Position numbers and translations under genes: made by a program. The notes under the pieces are model-generated. The model saw only the letters and a program-made list of their open reading frames with translations. It did no database searches and had not been told where the DNA came from. A stretch of 64,000 nt of DNA from Chloroflexota bacterium (GTDB lineage Bacteria; Chloroflexota; Dehalococcoidia; Lucifugimonadales; GCA-2719675): contig PBID01000016.1 of assembly GCA_002719675.1 (NCBI GenBank), positions 76,021-140,020 of the forward strand, read 5' to 3'. Of the stretch, positions 50,556 to 60,316 are shown in pieces. The number at the start of each line of letters is the position of its first letter. Within the stretch, counting starts at the first letter, position 1.

Positions 50556-51446
50556 TCACAGATTTTTTATCCTAGAATTAATTTCATCTAAATTTATATT
50601 TGTTAGCTTGCTTACGCTAAAATATTCTACAGCGAATGAACCAAGAATTGTTCCAGCTTTCAAAGCTTTTTTTAATACATCTTCAGAATAATTTGAGTCG
50701 TTTCTAGATATATATCCTAAGAATCCACCTGCGAAAGAGTCACCTGCCCCTGTAGGATCTACAATTTTTGATACTGGATATGCTGGTATAGAAAATGTAA
50801 ATTCTTTATGGAACATAGTAGAACCCAAGCCTCCTTGTTTAATTATAGCTATTGAGGGGCCAAGTTGTAATAGTTTTTTCCCTGCATCTTTAATATCTTT
50901 TTCACCTGTAATTTGTTGAGACTCTCCAGAATCTACTAGTAGAACGTCTGTTTGATTAATCATTTTTATTAGAGAGAGATAATTGTTTTCTATCCAGAAA
51001 TTCATTGTATCCATAACTACTAAATTTGGTCTATTATCAAATTGGTTCAATACATCTAATTGAGTTTCAGGTGACATATTTGCTAGAAACAAATACTTCG
51101 ATTTTTTATGTTTTTCAGATAATATTGGGTTGAAATTTGATAATACATTTAATTGTGTTTCGATTGTTTTTCTTTCCTTAAGGTCTTCCCCGTAATATTC
51201 ACCAGACCATTTGAATGTTTCCCCTTGAATCGTTTTGAATCCTGATAAATCTATTTTGTTTTCATGAAGGATATTTGTATCATTTTGATTAAAATTTTTT
51301 CCAACAACAGCTATAAGACTCACTTTTGAAAATTTTGAACAAGCTATTGAAAAAAAAGTTCCGGAGCCACCCAATATATTTTTTTTAGTAGTATTTGGTG
51401 TGGTTATTGTGTCATACGCAACAGTACCTACAACTAATACTGACAT
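50556..51446 (-). CDS. PfkB family carbohydrate/nucleoside kinase
   Basis: LGGSG, DTMNFWI, DPTGAGDSFAGG. It lies upstream of ahcY, so adenosine kinase is a possible role (inference). Confidence 0.9.
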   Translation of the reverse strand: MSVLVVGTVAYDTITTPNTTKKNILGGSGTFFSIACSKFSKVSLIAVVGKNFNQNDTNILHENKIDLSGFKTIQGETFKWSGEYYGEDLKERKTIETQLNVLSNFNPILSEKHKKSKYLFLANMSPETQLDVLNQFDNRPNLVVMDTMNFWIENNYLSLIKMINQTDVLLVDSGESQQITGEKDIKDAGKKLLQLGPSIAIIKQGGLGSTMFHKEFTFSIPAYPVSKIVDPTGAGDSFAGGFLGYISRNDSNYSEDVLKKALKAGTILGSFAVEYFSVSKLTNINLDEINSRIKNL

Positions 51447-51491
51447 TCTTTTCTCATCATAAAACAGGTATGTATATTTTTGAATAAATGA

Positions 51492-51848
51492 TTATTTTTC
51501 ATTGCCATAATCAGTAGGATATCCATTTTCAATCCAAGTAGGAGTTCCTTCTTCAATGTTATAGAGGTTTTCAGGATTGATTCCCATTGAAGCAGCCATC
51601 TCACATGCTAACCCACTTCTTACTCCAGCAGCACATATAAAGAACAATTTTTTATCCGTTGGAAGTTCATCTATTCTGCCAAGTAAATCATCAACTGGTA
51701 TCAATTTTGCTCCAGAAACATGGCCCGATTCATATTCGTCTTGATTTCTGACATCTACGAAACATATGTCGTTATTAGAGTGCATGCCAGAAGCTTCTTG
51801 GACAGATATACGGTAGAATGTTTCACCTTCGTGTTTTTTAGCTGCCAT
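51492..51848 (-). CDS. Rhodanese-like domain protein
   Basis: VDVR..EY..GH..GA; active-site loop CAAGVRS. Confidence 0.9.
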   Translation of the reverse strand: MAAKKHEGETFYRISVQEASGMHSNNDICFVDVRNQDEYESGHVSGAKLIPVDDLLGRIDELPTDKKLFFICAAGVRSGLACEMAASMGINPENLYNIEEGTPTWIENGYPTDYGNEK

Positions 51849-51959
51849 AATTTTCCTCTGTGGTATTAGGTATTTGTTTTAAATATACTTAAAAGAGTGA
51901 ATTAAATTTATCAATCTCTACTTTTCGAAGATACTACTTGTATCCATTCATGTCAACTT

Positions 51960-52937
51960 TTAATTCCAGTCGAAAACAACTCCCATTAAATTTGAAATAT
52001 TGCCATATAACATTTCAAAAGCAGTTGTTGCTTCAGAGTAATGGAATTGATGTGTAATCATTTTTTTTGGGTTAATAGATTTTTGTGAAATTAGTTTTAG
52101 GGCTTGATCAGAAGCCCATATTCTGTTTGCATCTGTTGAGAATCCACCAATAATTTTTTTGCCTTGTATTTGTCCTGAGTCAAATTGCAACGGTTCATTT
52201 TCATATAAACCTATTACTTGAATTATGCCTCCCTGGCTTGTAATTTCTAAAGATTGCTCAAAAGCAAATTTTCCGCTTGGGCCACCTACTGCTTCAATTA
52301 CTACATTTGATTTTTTTGATTCAGTGATTTTGGATATATAATCATATAGGGAATTTTTTGAGGAATTGATAACAAATTTTGCTCCTAATTTAGTTGCTAA
52401 CTTGCATCTAAAATCAAGGGTATCTACAGCAATGATTTTTTTTGGATTCTTAGATAAAGCTACTTGCATAATTAAGCTTCCTACTAAACCTTGGCCTATA
52501 ATAGTAATAACTTGGTCTTTGATTGGCATTAATTTTGTAATCTCATCAATCCATAAAACAGCGCTTGTACTTAATGGCCAAAATGTACCTTCTTTTAGGT
52601 CAACTTCATCAGGTAATTTGACGATTGAAGGTGTTAATTTTTTGTCTGCAGTGTCTACAGAAACATACTCTGAATGAGGAGCTACGGCCGCGACTTTATC
52701 TCCAACAGAAAATGAGCTAACTAAACTGCCGATTTCAACAATTTCTCCTGTTAAGCAATACCCCATCATTTTTTGTTGAATAGCTTCTGGTCTGACATAC
52801 CTTCGCCATATTTCTGATCCTCTAGATACTAAAGTGTATCTAGATTTTATTAAAACTTCAGTAGGTAAAATTTTTGGTATTGGTACTTCTTCTATGAAGA
52901 TATTAAATTTGTTTTTTGCTTTGGCAATTCTTTTCAT
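51960..52937 (-). CDS. MDR-superfamily dehydrogenase (atypical zinc ligands)
   Basis: GroES-like N-terminus, Rossmann GQGLVG, ITHQF; SRGSE/MGY replace the usual C..GHE. Confidence 0.85.
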   Translation of the reverse strand: MKRIAKAKNKFNIFIEEVPIPKILPTEVLIKSRYTLVSRGSEIWRRYVRPEAIQQKMMGYCLTGEIVEIGSLVSSFSVGDKVAAVAPHSEYVSVDTADKKLTPSIVKLPDEVDLKEGTFWPLSTSAVLWIDEITKLMPIKDQVITIIGQGLVGSLIMQVALSKNPKKIIAVDTLDFRCKLATKLGAKFVINSSKNSLYDYISKITESKKSNVVIEAVGGPSGKFAFEQSLEITSQGGIIQVIGLYENEPLQFDSGQIQGKKIIGGFSTDANRIWASDQALKLISQKSINPKKMITHQFHYSEATTAFEMLYGNISNLMGVVFDWN

Positions 52938-52946
52938 ATAACTTCT

Positions 52947-54167
52947 TTAGAAGTAATCTGCGCACCAAGGTGAACGAGTACTATAAAACATTTGGTCAGC
53001 TAAGTGTAATTTTTCAAGAGAATTTGCTTCAATTAGTTTTGATTTCCATAAATTGAGCCAGCTGGTTCCTCCTAGATATAGGGAACTTAATTCTCTGATA
53101 TCTATTTTGATGTCATGGGGCAAATTTGTTTTTTCACATTTCACGAGATCCCCTGATTTTTTAAGTATAAATTTTGTATTATTTGAGTCTAGAATATTGT
53201 CTTCAACAAGTATCGTAATTTCTCCATCAACATTGTATTGCCTAGAAACTAATGCATTAGGAACATCAAGAATCCTTAAATGTAGCTGGTCTTCGATTTT
53301 TCTAGATAATTTTCTCGGATCTTCTAAAACCCAAGTAATTGGATCATCTAAGGGCCTAGAATTAGAAGTTATTTTATTAACCCCATCGATATTCATGCAA
53401 AAATTCAGTAGATTTAAATGTGCTTCGTCTGTAGTTGAAATGATTTCGTTGATCATTAAATTTCCATTTGTAGAAGTTGAATTGATATCTGTGCGATAGT
53501 TTACATAACCTTCAGGTTTTCCATCTTTTTTAAATAAAGCATAAGAGGATATGCCAGAAATATCTTTTCTTTCCATTTCAAGTTTTAGTCTATTCCATCT
53601 AGATATTTTTCTTTTAATCATACCAGGGCGTTCATTCCAAGCAAGTTCATAAATTCCAGGCATTATATTTGAAATTTCTTTAGAAGAAAGCATTTCTATG
53701 TTTTCAACGCTATCATAATCAATTAAAGTTTTTCTGAATTTAGTATCACGTCTATGGATTTCCCAGCTTTCTTGGAAAGAGGCAATTCCAAAACCGAATC
53801 TGCCATATGTACCGCTATCAGCACTATATAAAAATGCTATTGGTTCATCTTTTTTAAGGATTTCATTAAATTGTTTTTTCATTAATTTTGACATAATTCC
53901 TTGTCTACGGTGAGTTGGATATACAACGACATCAATTATTCCTCCAGCTTTAACAACTCCTCCTGGCACAGATAAAGTGAACGTTAAAACACTATTAGCG
54001 CCTACGATTTTTCCATCAACAAATGCGCCTAAACATCTATCAATCTCCATAGTATGTTTTCTTCTTTCAAGATAGTCTTGAAATGGTTTCATTGCGAATA
54101 CTGTATAAACAATTTTTAGATATTCTTCTTCTTCATTTGGAGTGATATGTCTTATATTAATTTGCAT
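52947..54167 (-). CDS. Eis-like GNAT acetyltransferase
   Basis: V.PTHRRQG, YGRFGFG, LRILDV..AL..R.Y, SCP2-like tail ending PWCADYF. Confidence 0.9.
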   Translation of the reverse strand: MQINIRHITPNEEEEYLKIVYTVFAMKPFQDYLERRKHTMEIDRCLGAFVDGKIVGANSVLTFTLSVPGGVVKAGGIIDVVVYPTHRRQGIMSKLMKKQFNEILKKDEPIAFLYSADSGTYGRFGFGIASFQESWEIHRRDTKFRKTLIDYDSVENIEMLSSKEISNIMPGIYELAWNERPGMIKRKISRWNRLKLEMERKDISGISSYALFKKDGKPEGYVNYRTDINSTSTNGNLMINEIISTTDEAHLNLLNFCMNIDGVNKITSNSRPLDDPITWVLEDPRKLSRKIEDQLHLRILDVPNALVSRQYNVDGEITILVEDNILDSNNTKFILKKSGDLVKCEKTNLPHDIKIDIRELSSLYLGGTSWLNLWKSKLIEANSLEKLHLADQMFYSTRSPWCADYF

Positions 54168-54171
54168 GCAC

Positions 54172-54891
54172 TCAATTCCTTATTTGAGATTTCCATTCTT
54201 TGAATTTTTCAGACGTAAATCCAGGTTCTTTTAACATTTCATGTAATGTAGCTTCTTTTTTTGTGATATCCGATGCGTTTTTAATGATTTCTTTGACATT
54301 ATGATTATTTGGAATTTTGGTGCATCCATCAGAATCAGCGACCAATATCTCTGAAGGATTTACAAGTAATTGTCCCACAGTAATTTGTGAATTTACCCTG
54401 ATTAACTTAAATGCCCCATGCCCCGGGACTAAACCTTTGCCCCAAACAGGTAGTTTAATTTGCCTGATTCCTTCTATGTCTCGAACAGTACCATCAATAA
54501 CTACTCCAACTACGCCGAGTGCTTTATGGACAGCAGCCATGCCGTCTCCAAATGAGGCTCCACGTCCATGTTTTGTATCAATGTCCTTAATAATAGAAAT
54601 TATTGGTAGTGTTTCTTGCCCAATTAAGTCGTAATAATCATCCCAAGATAATCCATCTGAGTCTGGGTCGTTTGTAGTTACCTCAGCTGTTATAATTTTG
54701 CCTACTACGGGTCCAAATTGAGGTAGCAATGATTTGATCTCGGGTCCTGTGTAATTTATTGGTTGAGAAGATAAGTTGTTACTTGTTTTTTCCATATTAA
54801 TTTTTACGGCATCTGCAATCATTGCAGAGCCAAAATCCCTAATTTTTTCCAAGTCTCTGTAATCCAATTTAATTTTCCTTTTTTTCTTCAT
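54172..54891 (-). CDS. RraA / HMG-aldolase family protein
   Basis: ASFGDGMA, VIDGTVRD, ADSDG. Confidence 0.88.
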   Translation of the reverse strand: MKKKRKIKLDYRDLEKIRDFGSAMIADAVKINMEKTSNNLSSQPINYTGPEIKSLLPQFGPVVGKIITAEVTTNDPDSDGLSWDDYYDLIGQETLPIISIIKDIDTKHGRGASFGDGMAAVHKALGVVGVVIDGTVRDIEGIRQIKLPVWGKGLVPGHGAFKLIRVNSQITVGQLLVNPSEILVADSDGCTKIPNNHNVKEIIKNASDITKKEATLHEMLKEPGFTSEKFKEWKSQIRN

Positions 54892-55126
54892 TTTCTGAAT
54901 TTGTAATTAATTTAATCAATTCATTAAATTGATCTTTGAAATTAGTTTTGAATTTCTTGATTGTTAAAATAGTTTTGAAAATTTCTATTGCAAGTAAAGT
55001 TAGTAAAGAAATAGTTGTAATGAAAATTATTACAAACAAAATATCTTTAATAAAATTAATTGATGATGTTAAATTTGCTATAGAAATTTGTATGTTTAGG
55101 TTTATGTCCATAAGTCTGACAATCAT
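54869..55126 (-). CDS. Small hypothetical membrane protein
   Basis: One hydrophobic helix; co-oriented with its neighbours and overlapping the RraA start. Start is uncertain. Confidence 0.5.
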   Translation of the reverse strand: MIVRLMDINLNIQISIANLTSSINFIKDILFVIIFITTISLLTLLAIEIFKTILTIKKFKTNFKDQFNELIKLITNSENEEKKEN

Positions 55127-55181
55127 AGCAGAAACCTAATGGAGAATGAAAGATACTTGGTTTTAGAAAGAATCAAGATAT

Positions 55182-55640
55182 TTAATCTAACTGTAGATTA
55201 AATCCTTCGATTGAAATAGATTTAGAATTTACAGTAATTTTTGATTTAGGAATTCGTTTCATTTCTCTATAAACTTCAGATAATCTTTTTTCAATAACAG
55301 AAGGGACAGATTTTTTAGTTTCTATAGATGATTTTGGTCCCCATAAACTTGGTTGTGGAAGTGTTTTAATATATTCGCCAAAATTGCGAAAAAATTCTTG
55401 GAAAATAGATTTGGATAAGATACTTAGATGTTGGTTAGTTTTTGGATCAGAGAAAGATAATTCAATTGATAATTTAGCATCTTGTTCAGATAGTGATGCT
55501 AATAGTATTGGTTGATGGCTCTCAGAAGGATCGATATGGTTTGCAGAAAAAGCTGTTTCTCTTACAGCAGCTTGAATTATTCTCAGCAGGGAAGACAAAT
55601 AAGATACTGGTATTGGGGTTGGTTGAATTTCTATAATCAT
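55182..55640 (-). CDS. Hypothetical protein
   Basis: 152-aa ORF filling the gap downstream of selB; no motif recognised. Confidence 0.7.
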   Translation of the reverse strand: MIIEIQPTPIPVSYLSSLLRIIQAAVRETAFSANHIDPSESHQPILLASLSEQDAKLSIELSFSDPKTNQHLSILSKSIFQEFFRNFGEYIKTLPQPSLWGPKSSIETKKSVPSVIEKRLSEVYREMKRIPKSKITVNSKSISIEGFNLQLD

Positions 55641-55649
55641 AATTTTTAG

Positions 55650-55677
55650 ATTATAATTTCAATCTTGAAATTATAAT
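55650..55677. promoter_or_regulatory. Perfect 13-2-13 inverted repeat, candidate operator
   Basis: ATTATAATTTCAA-TC-TTGAAATTATAAT, about 10 nt upstream of the 55640 start; contains TATAAT on both strands. Confidence 0.5.
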
Positions 55678-55721
55678 ATATTAAAGTTAACACATTTGAT
55701 AGGCATTTCCAAAAAGATGTA

Positions 55722-57587
55722 TTAATCATCTTGGTCAAATTTTATTCTTCCGTCTTTGTATCTCCTGGTGATTAATGATTCATCTAGGTGTTCTAAAAAT
55801 GGAATTGTGTATTTTCTTGTTGTATTAAACAATTTTTTGAAATCATCCACTTTGAATAGGTCGTTTCTCTGGAGGGCAATTTTAATTTTGGATAGCATCT
55901 CGTTATATGTCGTAATCGAATAAATGATGTTGTCTGAAATTTTAATGACTTTATTTTTTTCAATTAGAAAATTTATTATATCTTTTTCAATAGTATGATT
56001 AGTTGGAGGTGCATAAGAGTTAGATTCTAAAATTTTGATATATTTGTTTACTTCAAAGTTTTGGCTCTCAGATAATTTTGGAGAATGTGATTTTAATTTG
56101 ATTAATGAGTGTTTTTGAACTAATTCTCCTGATTCAATGAGATTGTTTATTAAAATTGAAAATATTTCAGAATTGATGTTTGTTAATGAGGAGATATGCT
56201 CTTTAGAGGCCCCTTTTTGTAGAGGGTTAATTAAATGAAAATCTTTTAAAAATCTAATGATTTTATTTGTTAAAATTTTTTCATGTTCAGTTGTAATGTA
56301 GTATTTTTCTTGATCAAGAGTGTTCTTGGTAAGTTTTGAAATCTTTTTTGATTCGAGTAATTTTTTTATTTCTCTGGTAGTATCTTCAATTGAAATATTG
56401 CCAATTTTTGATATAGATTTTGTTGGCAGGACAATATATTTTTCAATGATTTCCAAAACAACTTTTTCATTAGAATCACTTGATAGATTTCCTAATCTTT
56501 GAAGTATTTTTTGTGAATTTTTTTTATGTCTTGGTGGATTAGGGTCAATTATTTTTCCTCCTCCAATTGTGTGATTGCCTAATCGAATGATGAAGGGGTC
56601 ATTTTTTGAAAAAACAACAGGGTTAGTTAATTTTAGTTGTGCAAAGCAAGAGGAATTTTTATATAAAACATTTCTGTCTAATAATCTGATTTTGGAAGAT
56701 GCTTGAGTAGTACCAAAATGCAAGTTTACTATAGAATTGTGTTTAATATCTTTTTCGAGAGAAATTAATTCAACGTCTGCTGCTAATGTAGTGTTAATAT
56801 ATCCTGGTAGTGCAAGAGTTTGTCCTCGTTTGATTTGTTTATGTGAAATTCCTGAGAGATTTATACCAACTCTAGTACCAGGCTTGGCAGAGTTAACAGA
56901 ATTTTGGTGGATTTGAATACCTCTGATTCGACCTGAATATTTTTCTGGGAAAATAATTATTTCTTGTCCAACAGATATTTCACCATCTAAAAGTGTTCCA
57001 GTAGCAATTGTTCCAAATCCTGTTAAAGAAAATGATCTGTCAATTGGCAATCTTGGTCTGTGAATATTTGATTTCTTTGGGACTGTTTTGATTATTTTAA
57101 ATATTTGTTTCTTTAGTTCTTGGATACCAATATCTGAATTTACTGAAGTTTCAATTATAGGTGAATTTTCTATTGAAGTCCCAGATATTAAATTACATAT
57201 TTCATCTTTGACAAGGCTTATAAATTCTTTTTCAACTAGATCAGTTTTAGTTATAGCTATTATAGCTTTTTTGATTGATAATAAATTAATTATTTGTAGA
57301 TGTTCAATTGTTTGAGGCATTATTGATTCATCAGCAGCAATAACCATTAAAACCATATCTATTCCACTAATCCCGGTTAACATGTTAGATACAAATTTTT
57401 CATGACCTGGGACATCAACGAAACTTATTTCATTGTTGTTTTCATCTTTTAACCATGCAAACCCGAGGTCTATTGTTAGACCTCTTTGTTTCTCTTCTAA
57501 AAGTCTATCAGGGTCAATACCTGTGAGTTTTTCTATGAGAGTTGATTTTCCGTGATCAACATGGCCAGCTGTACCTATAATACTCAT
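55722..57587 (-). CDS. selB: Selenocysteine-specific translation elongation factor
   Basis: GTAGHVDHGKS, RGLTIDLGF, DVPGHEKF, DRSF..GFGT; winged-helix C-terminus TTRKYTIPFLEHLD. Confidence 0.96.
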   Translation of the reverse strand: MSIIGTAGHVDHGKSTLIEKLTGIDPDRLLEEKQRGLTIDLGFAWLKDENNNEISFVDVPGHEKFVSNMLTGISGIDMVLMVIAADESIMPQTIEHLQIINLLSIKKAIIAITKTDLVEKEFISLVKDEICNLISGTSIENSPIIETSVNSDIGIQELKKQIFKIIKTVPKKSNIHRPRLPIDRSFSLTGFGTIATGTLLDGEISVGQEIIIFPEKYSGRIRGIQIHQNSVNSAKPGTRVGINLSGISHKQIKRGQTLALPGYINTTLAADVELISLEKDIKHNSIVNLHFGTTQASSKIRLLDRNVLYKNSSCFAQLKLTNPVVFSKNDPFIIRLGNHTIGGGKIIDPNPPRHKKNSQKILQRLGNLSSDSNEKVVLEIIEKYIVLPTKSISKIGNISIEDTTREIKKLLESKKISKLTKNTLDQEKYYITTEHEKILTNKIIRFLKDFHLINPLQKGASKEHISSLTNINSEIFSILINNLIESGELVQKHSLIKLKSHSPKLSESQNFEVNKYIKILESNSYAPPTNHTIEKDIINFLIEKNKVIKISDNIIYSITTYNEMLSKIKIALQRNDLFKVDDFKKLFNTTRKYTIPFLEHLDESLITRRYKDGRIKFDQDD

Positions 57588-57626
57588 AATTTTATGTGAT
57601 TTTCATTTTAATTTTTGTTAAAAATA

Positions 57627-58817
57627 TTATAAAAAGTTTATAAATACTTCATTACCTAATAATTTGCCTTTATCACTGAGTTTAATTTGATTATTTTTTT
57701 TGTTGATTAAGTTTTCCGAAATTAGTTTGTCAATTTTTCCAGGAAATATTTTCTCAATTTTTATTTGGAATTTTTCTTCGAATTCATCAAGATTTATACC
57801 TGAATCTAACCGGAGTCCCATGATCATTGTATCGGACATTTTTGTTTTAATATCCTGTTTTTCATAATTTTCTGTTGTTGGGATTGTAAGAAACTTATCT
57901 TTGTCTGTTTGTTTATTATTTTGTGTTTTTTCAAAATCGGGACTGGATTTTAGTTTTTGAATGTATTTTTTTGGAGATTCAATATTGCTGAAGCGATAGG
58001 AAGATAATAATGAATGAGCTCCAGGTCCTATGCCTATGAATTGTTGGTTTTTCCAATATGCCAAGTTGTGTTCACAGATTTTATTATTTTTTGCCCAATT
58101 AGATATTTCATAATTTCTAAAATTTTCTTGTTTCATAAAATCTGTGGCAATCTCGTACATTTCAGCTGCTAAATCTTGATCAGGCATTTGTAAAACACCT
58201 TGATTAACTTGGTGGAACATAGGAGTATTTTTTTCTATAGTTAAGCAGTACATTGAAATATGTTGAATTGGTATTGTTGGTACCACCTCTAGTGTTTGAA
58301 TCCATTCATATTTTGTTTGATTTGGTAATCCAAACATTAAATCAATGTTGATATTTTCAAATCCAGCAGATTTAGCATTTTTGATTGCATGAATTCCTTC
58401 GGCTGAAGAGTGTCTTCTATCTATATTTTTTAAATGGATGTCGTTGAAGCTTTGTATTCCTATACTAATTCTATTGATACCAATCTTTAAATAATATTCC
58501 AGTTTTTTAATTTTAGATAAATCATTTGGATTAGATTCAATTGTGATTTCTGTGCAATTAGTCGTATCCATTTCACTTTTGATGGTATTTAGAATTTGAC
58601 CTAACAAATTTGCCGGTATATATGACGGAGTTCCGCCTCCAAAAAATATTGTGCTAATATTAGCATTAGGTATAACAGAACCCCATAATTTGATTTCTTT
58701 ACATATAGAATCTATATATTGTGCCAATAAGTTTTCAATTCCGGCATATGTATTGAAATCGCAATAAGAACATTTTGTTTCGCAAAATGGGATATGGATA
58801 TATAGACCAATTGGCAT
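57627..58817 (-). CDS. hemW: Radical SAM heme chaperone HemW
   Basis: LYIHIPFCETKCSYCDF, FGGGTPS, YEISNW, HNLAYW. Confidence 0.92.
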   Translation of the reverse strand: MPIGLYIHIPFCETKCSYCDFNTYAGIENLLAQYIDSICKEIKLWGSVIPNANISTIFFGGGTPSYIPANLLGQILNTIKSEMDTTNCTEITIESNPNDLSKIKKLEYYLKIGINRISIGIQSFNDIHLKNIDRRHSSAEGIHAIKNAKSAGFENINIDLMFGLPNQTKYEWIQTLEVVPTIPIQHISMYCLTIEKNTPMFHQVNQGVLQMPDQDLAAEMYEIATDFMKQENFRNYEISNWAKNNKICEHNLAYWKNQQFIGIGPGAHSLLSSYRFSNIESPKKYIQKLKSSPDFEKTQNNKQTDKDKFLTIPTTENYEKQDIKTKMSDTMIMGLRLDSGINLDEFEEKFQIKIEKIFPGKIDKLISENLINKKNNQIKLSDKGKLLGNEVFINFL

Positions 58818-58953
58818 ATTTTTATTCTAAAATGATATGATTTTGAGGTTGTTTGTCGATGATAGTTTATAATTTAGAAATAGTAAATTGATTACAACTT
58901 AATTAAACAACAATTTATTTGTTTTATACTATTTATAGAATTGGAGAGATTTA

Positions 58954-60048
58954 ATGTCTAATTTTAACAAAGATACATCTTTTGAGACGTTTGTAGTTGG
59001 TAGTTTACCTAGACCACAATGGGTTAAAGATTTAATAGATGATAGAAAAAACAACTTGATTAATAAATTAGATGCAAAATTGTTATTAGATCAAGCTGTT
59101 CCTTCTGCAATAAAAATGCAAGAAAGGGCAGGAGTTGATTATATATCTGATGGCGAATGGAGACGGGAAAGTTATGTTAAAGTTTTTGCAGATTCTGTAT
59201 CTGGTTTTGAAAAAGGTTTGATTTCAGATCCTACTGGAGTTTCTGGATTAGAATACCCAGCTATTGTGTCAAATATGAAAAAAATTGATGATATTGCAGT
59301 TTCTGAAGCAGTATTTCTTAAAAATATTACTCAATCAAAAACAATTATTGCTTTACCAGCTCCATATACTATTGGTAGAAGAATGTGGAGTCCTGAACAT
59401 TCTTCAAGTGCATATGAAACTTCTGATGATTTTGTACAGGCATGTATTCCTATTATTAGAGAGGAAATAAAAAATTTAATTGATATAGGTGTAGATGCAA
59501 TACAACTTGATGAACCTTGGCTTGCTTTACTTGTTGATCCTGATTATAGAAAAAGATCAAATATTTCAGGTTCTCAAATTGATCATGAAATTCAGTTATC
59601 TATTCAATCAATCAATTCAGTTGTGGAAGGTTTAGAAAAAATACCTTTTAGTATTCATCTTTGCCATGCACATTATAATCGAAAGCATGGCACAAAGGGG
59701 CCTTATGATTTGATTATAGATGCATTATCTGACATGAATGTGGATAGATTTGCGATGGAATTTGCTACACCTGATGCGGGAGGGTTAGAAGTTTTAAGTA
59801 AATTTCCTAAAAATAAAACTATTGGTTTAGGGGTAATTGATCATACAGATATAAATATTGAAACGCCCGAAGTAGTAGTTAATCGCGTAGAAAGAGCAAT
59901 GGAATACATTGATAAATCACATATTACTTTAAACCCTGATTGTGGATTTGCTCCATCAAGTCAAAATCCTATGGATTTTGATGAAGCTTATAAAAAATTG
60001 AGATCTATGTCTGAAGGCTCCAAGTTATTACGTGATAAATATGAATAG
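58954..60048 (+). CDS. Cobalamin-independent methionine synthase II (single-barrel MetE-like) family protein
   Basis: VVGSLPRP, DGEWRR, IQLDEP, zinc ligands HLC..E..PDCGF. Confidence 0.9.
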   Translation: MSNFNKDTSFETFVVGSLPRPQWVKDLIDDRKNNLINKLDAKLLLDQAVPSAIKMQERAGVDYISDGEWRRESYVKVFADSVSGFEKGLISDPTGVSGLEYPAIVSNMKKIDDIAVSEAVFLKNITQSKTIIALPAPYTIGRRMWSPEHSSSAYETSDDFVQACIPIIREEIKNLIDIGVDAIQLDEPWLALLVDPDYRKRSNISGSQIDHEIQLSIQSINSVVEGLEKIPFSIHLCHAHYNRKHGTKGPYDLIIDALSDMNVDRFAMEFATPDAGGLEVLSKFPKNKTIGLGVIDHTDINIETPEVVVNRVERAMEYIDKSHITLNPDCGFAPSSQNPMDFDEAYKKLRSMSEGSKLLRDKYE

Positions 60049-60051
60049 GGC

Positions 60052-60087
60052 AAGAAAAACGAACGGGGCGCACAAAGACGCCCCGCT
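60052..60087 (-). terminator. Intrinsic terminator on the minus strand
   Basis: AGCGGGGCG-UCUUUGUG-CGCCCCGUU followed by CGUUUUUCUU. The U-rich tail is only on the minus strand. Confidence 0.7.
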
Positions 60088-60195
60088 ACAGAGGTGTTTC
60101 AGAGAACACCTATCTTAAACACCCCTTAGTATTACTGTTCAATTAAACACTCCTTTCTTGAGAACACCGAAACTATCTTCACTTCATCATCTCTC
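60052..60195 (-). ncRNA. Candidate small RNA (or micro-ORF transcript)
   Basis: TATAAT at 60207-60202, predicted start near 60195, hairpin 60092-60111, four GUGUU motifs and a terminator. Both flanking genes are on the + strand. Confidence 0.5.
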
Positions 60196-60316
60196 AAAGG
60201 TATTATACATTTCTAAAAAAATAGTTGTAGCACTAAATGATTATCTAAGTGTAGATTTTTAATTTTTACATTAAAATGGTTAAGACAATATTTAGAGTGT
60301 AAATAGGAGTAATATT

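Noticed and set aside
58818-58953. SAM or cobalamin riboswitch upstream of the MetE-like gene (also checked before metK/ahcY)
   Set aside because: Only weak AT-rich inverted repeats; no recognisable aptamer consensus.
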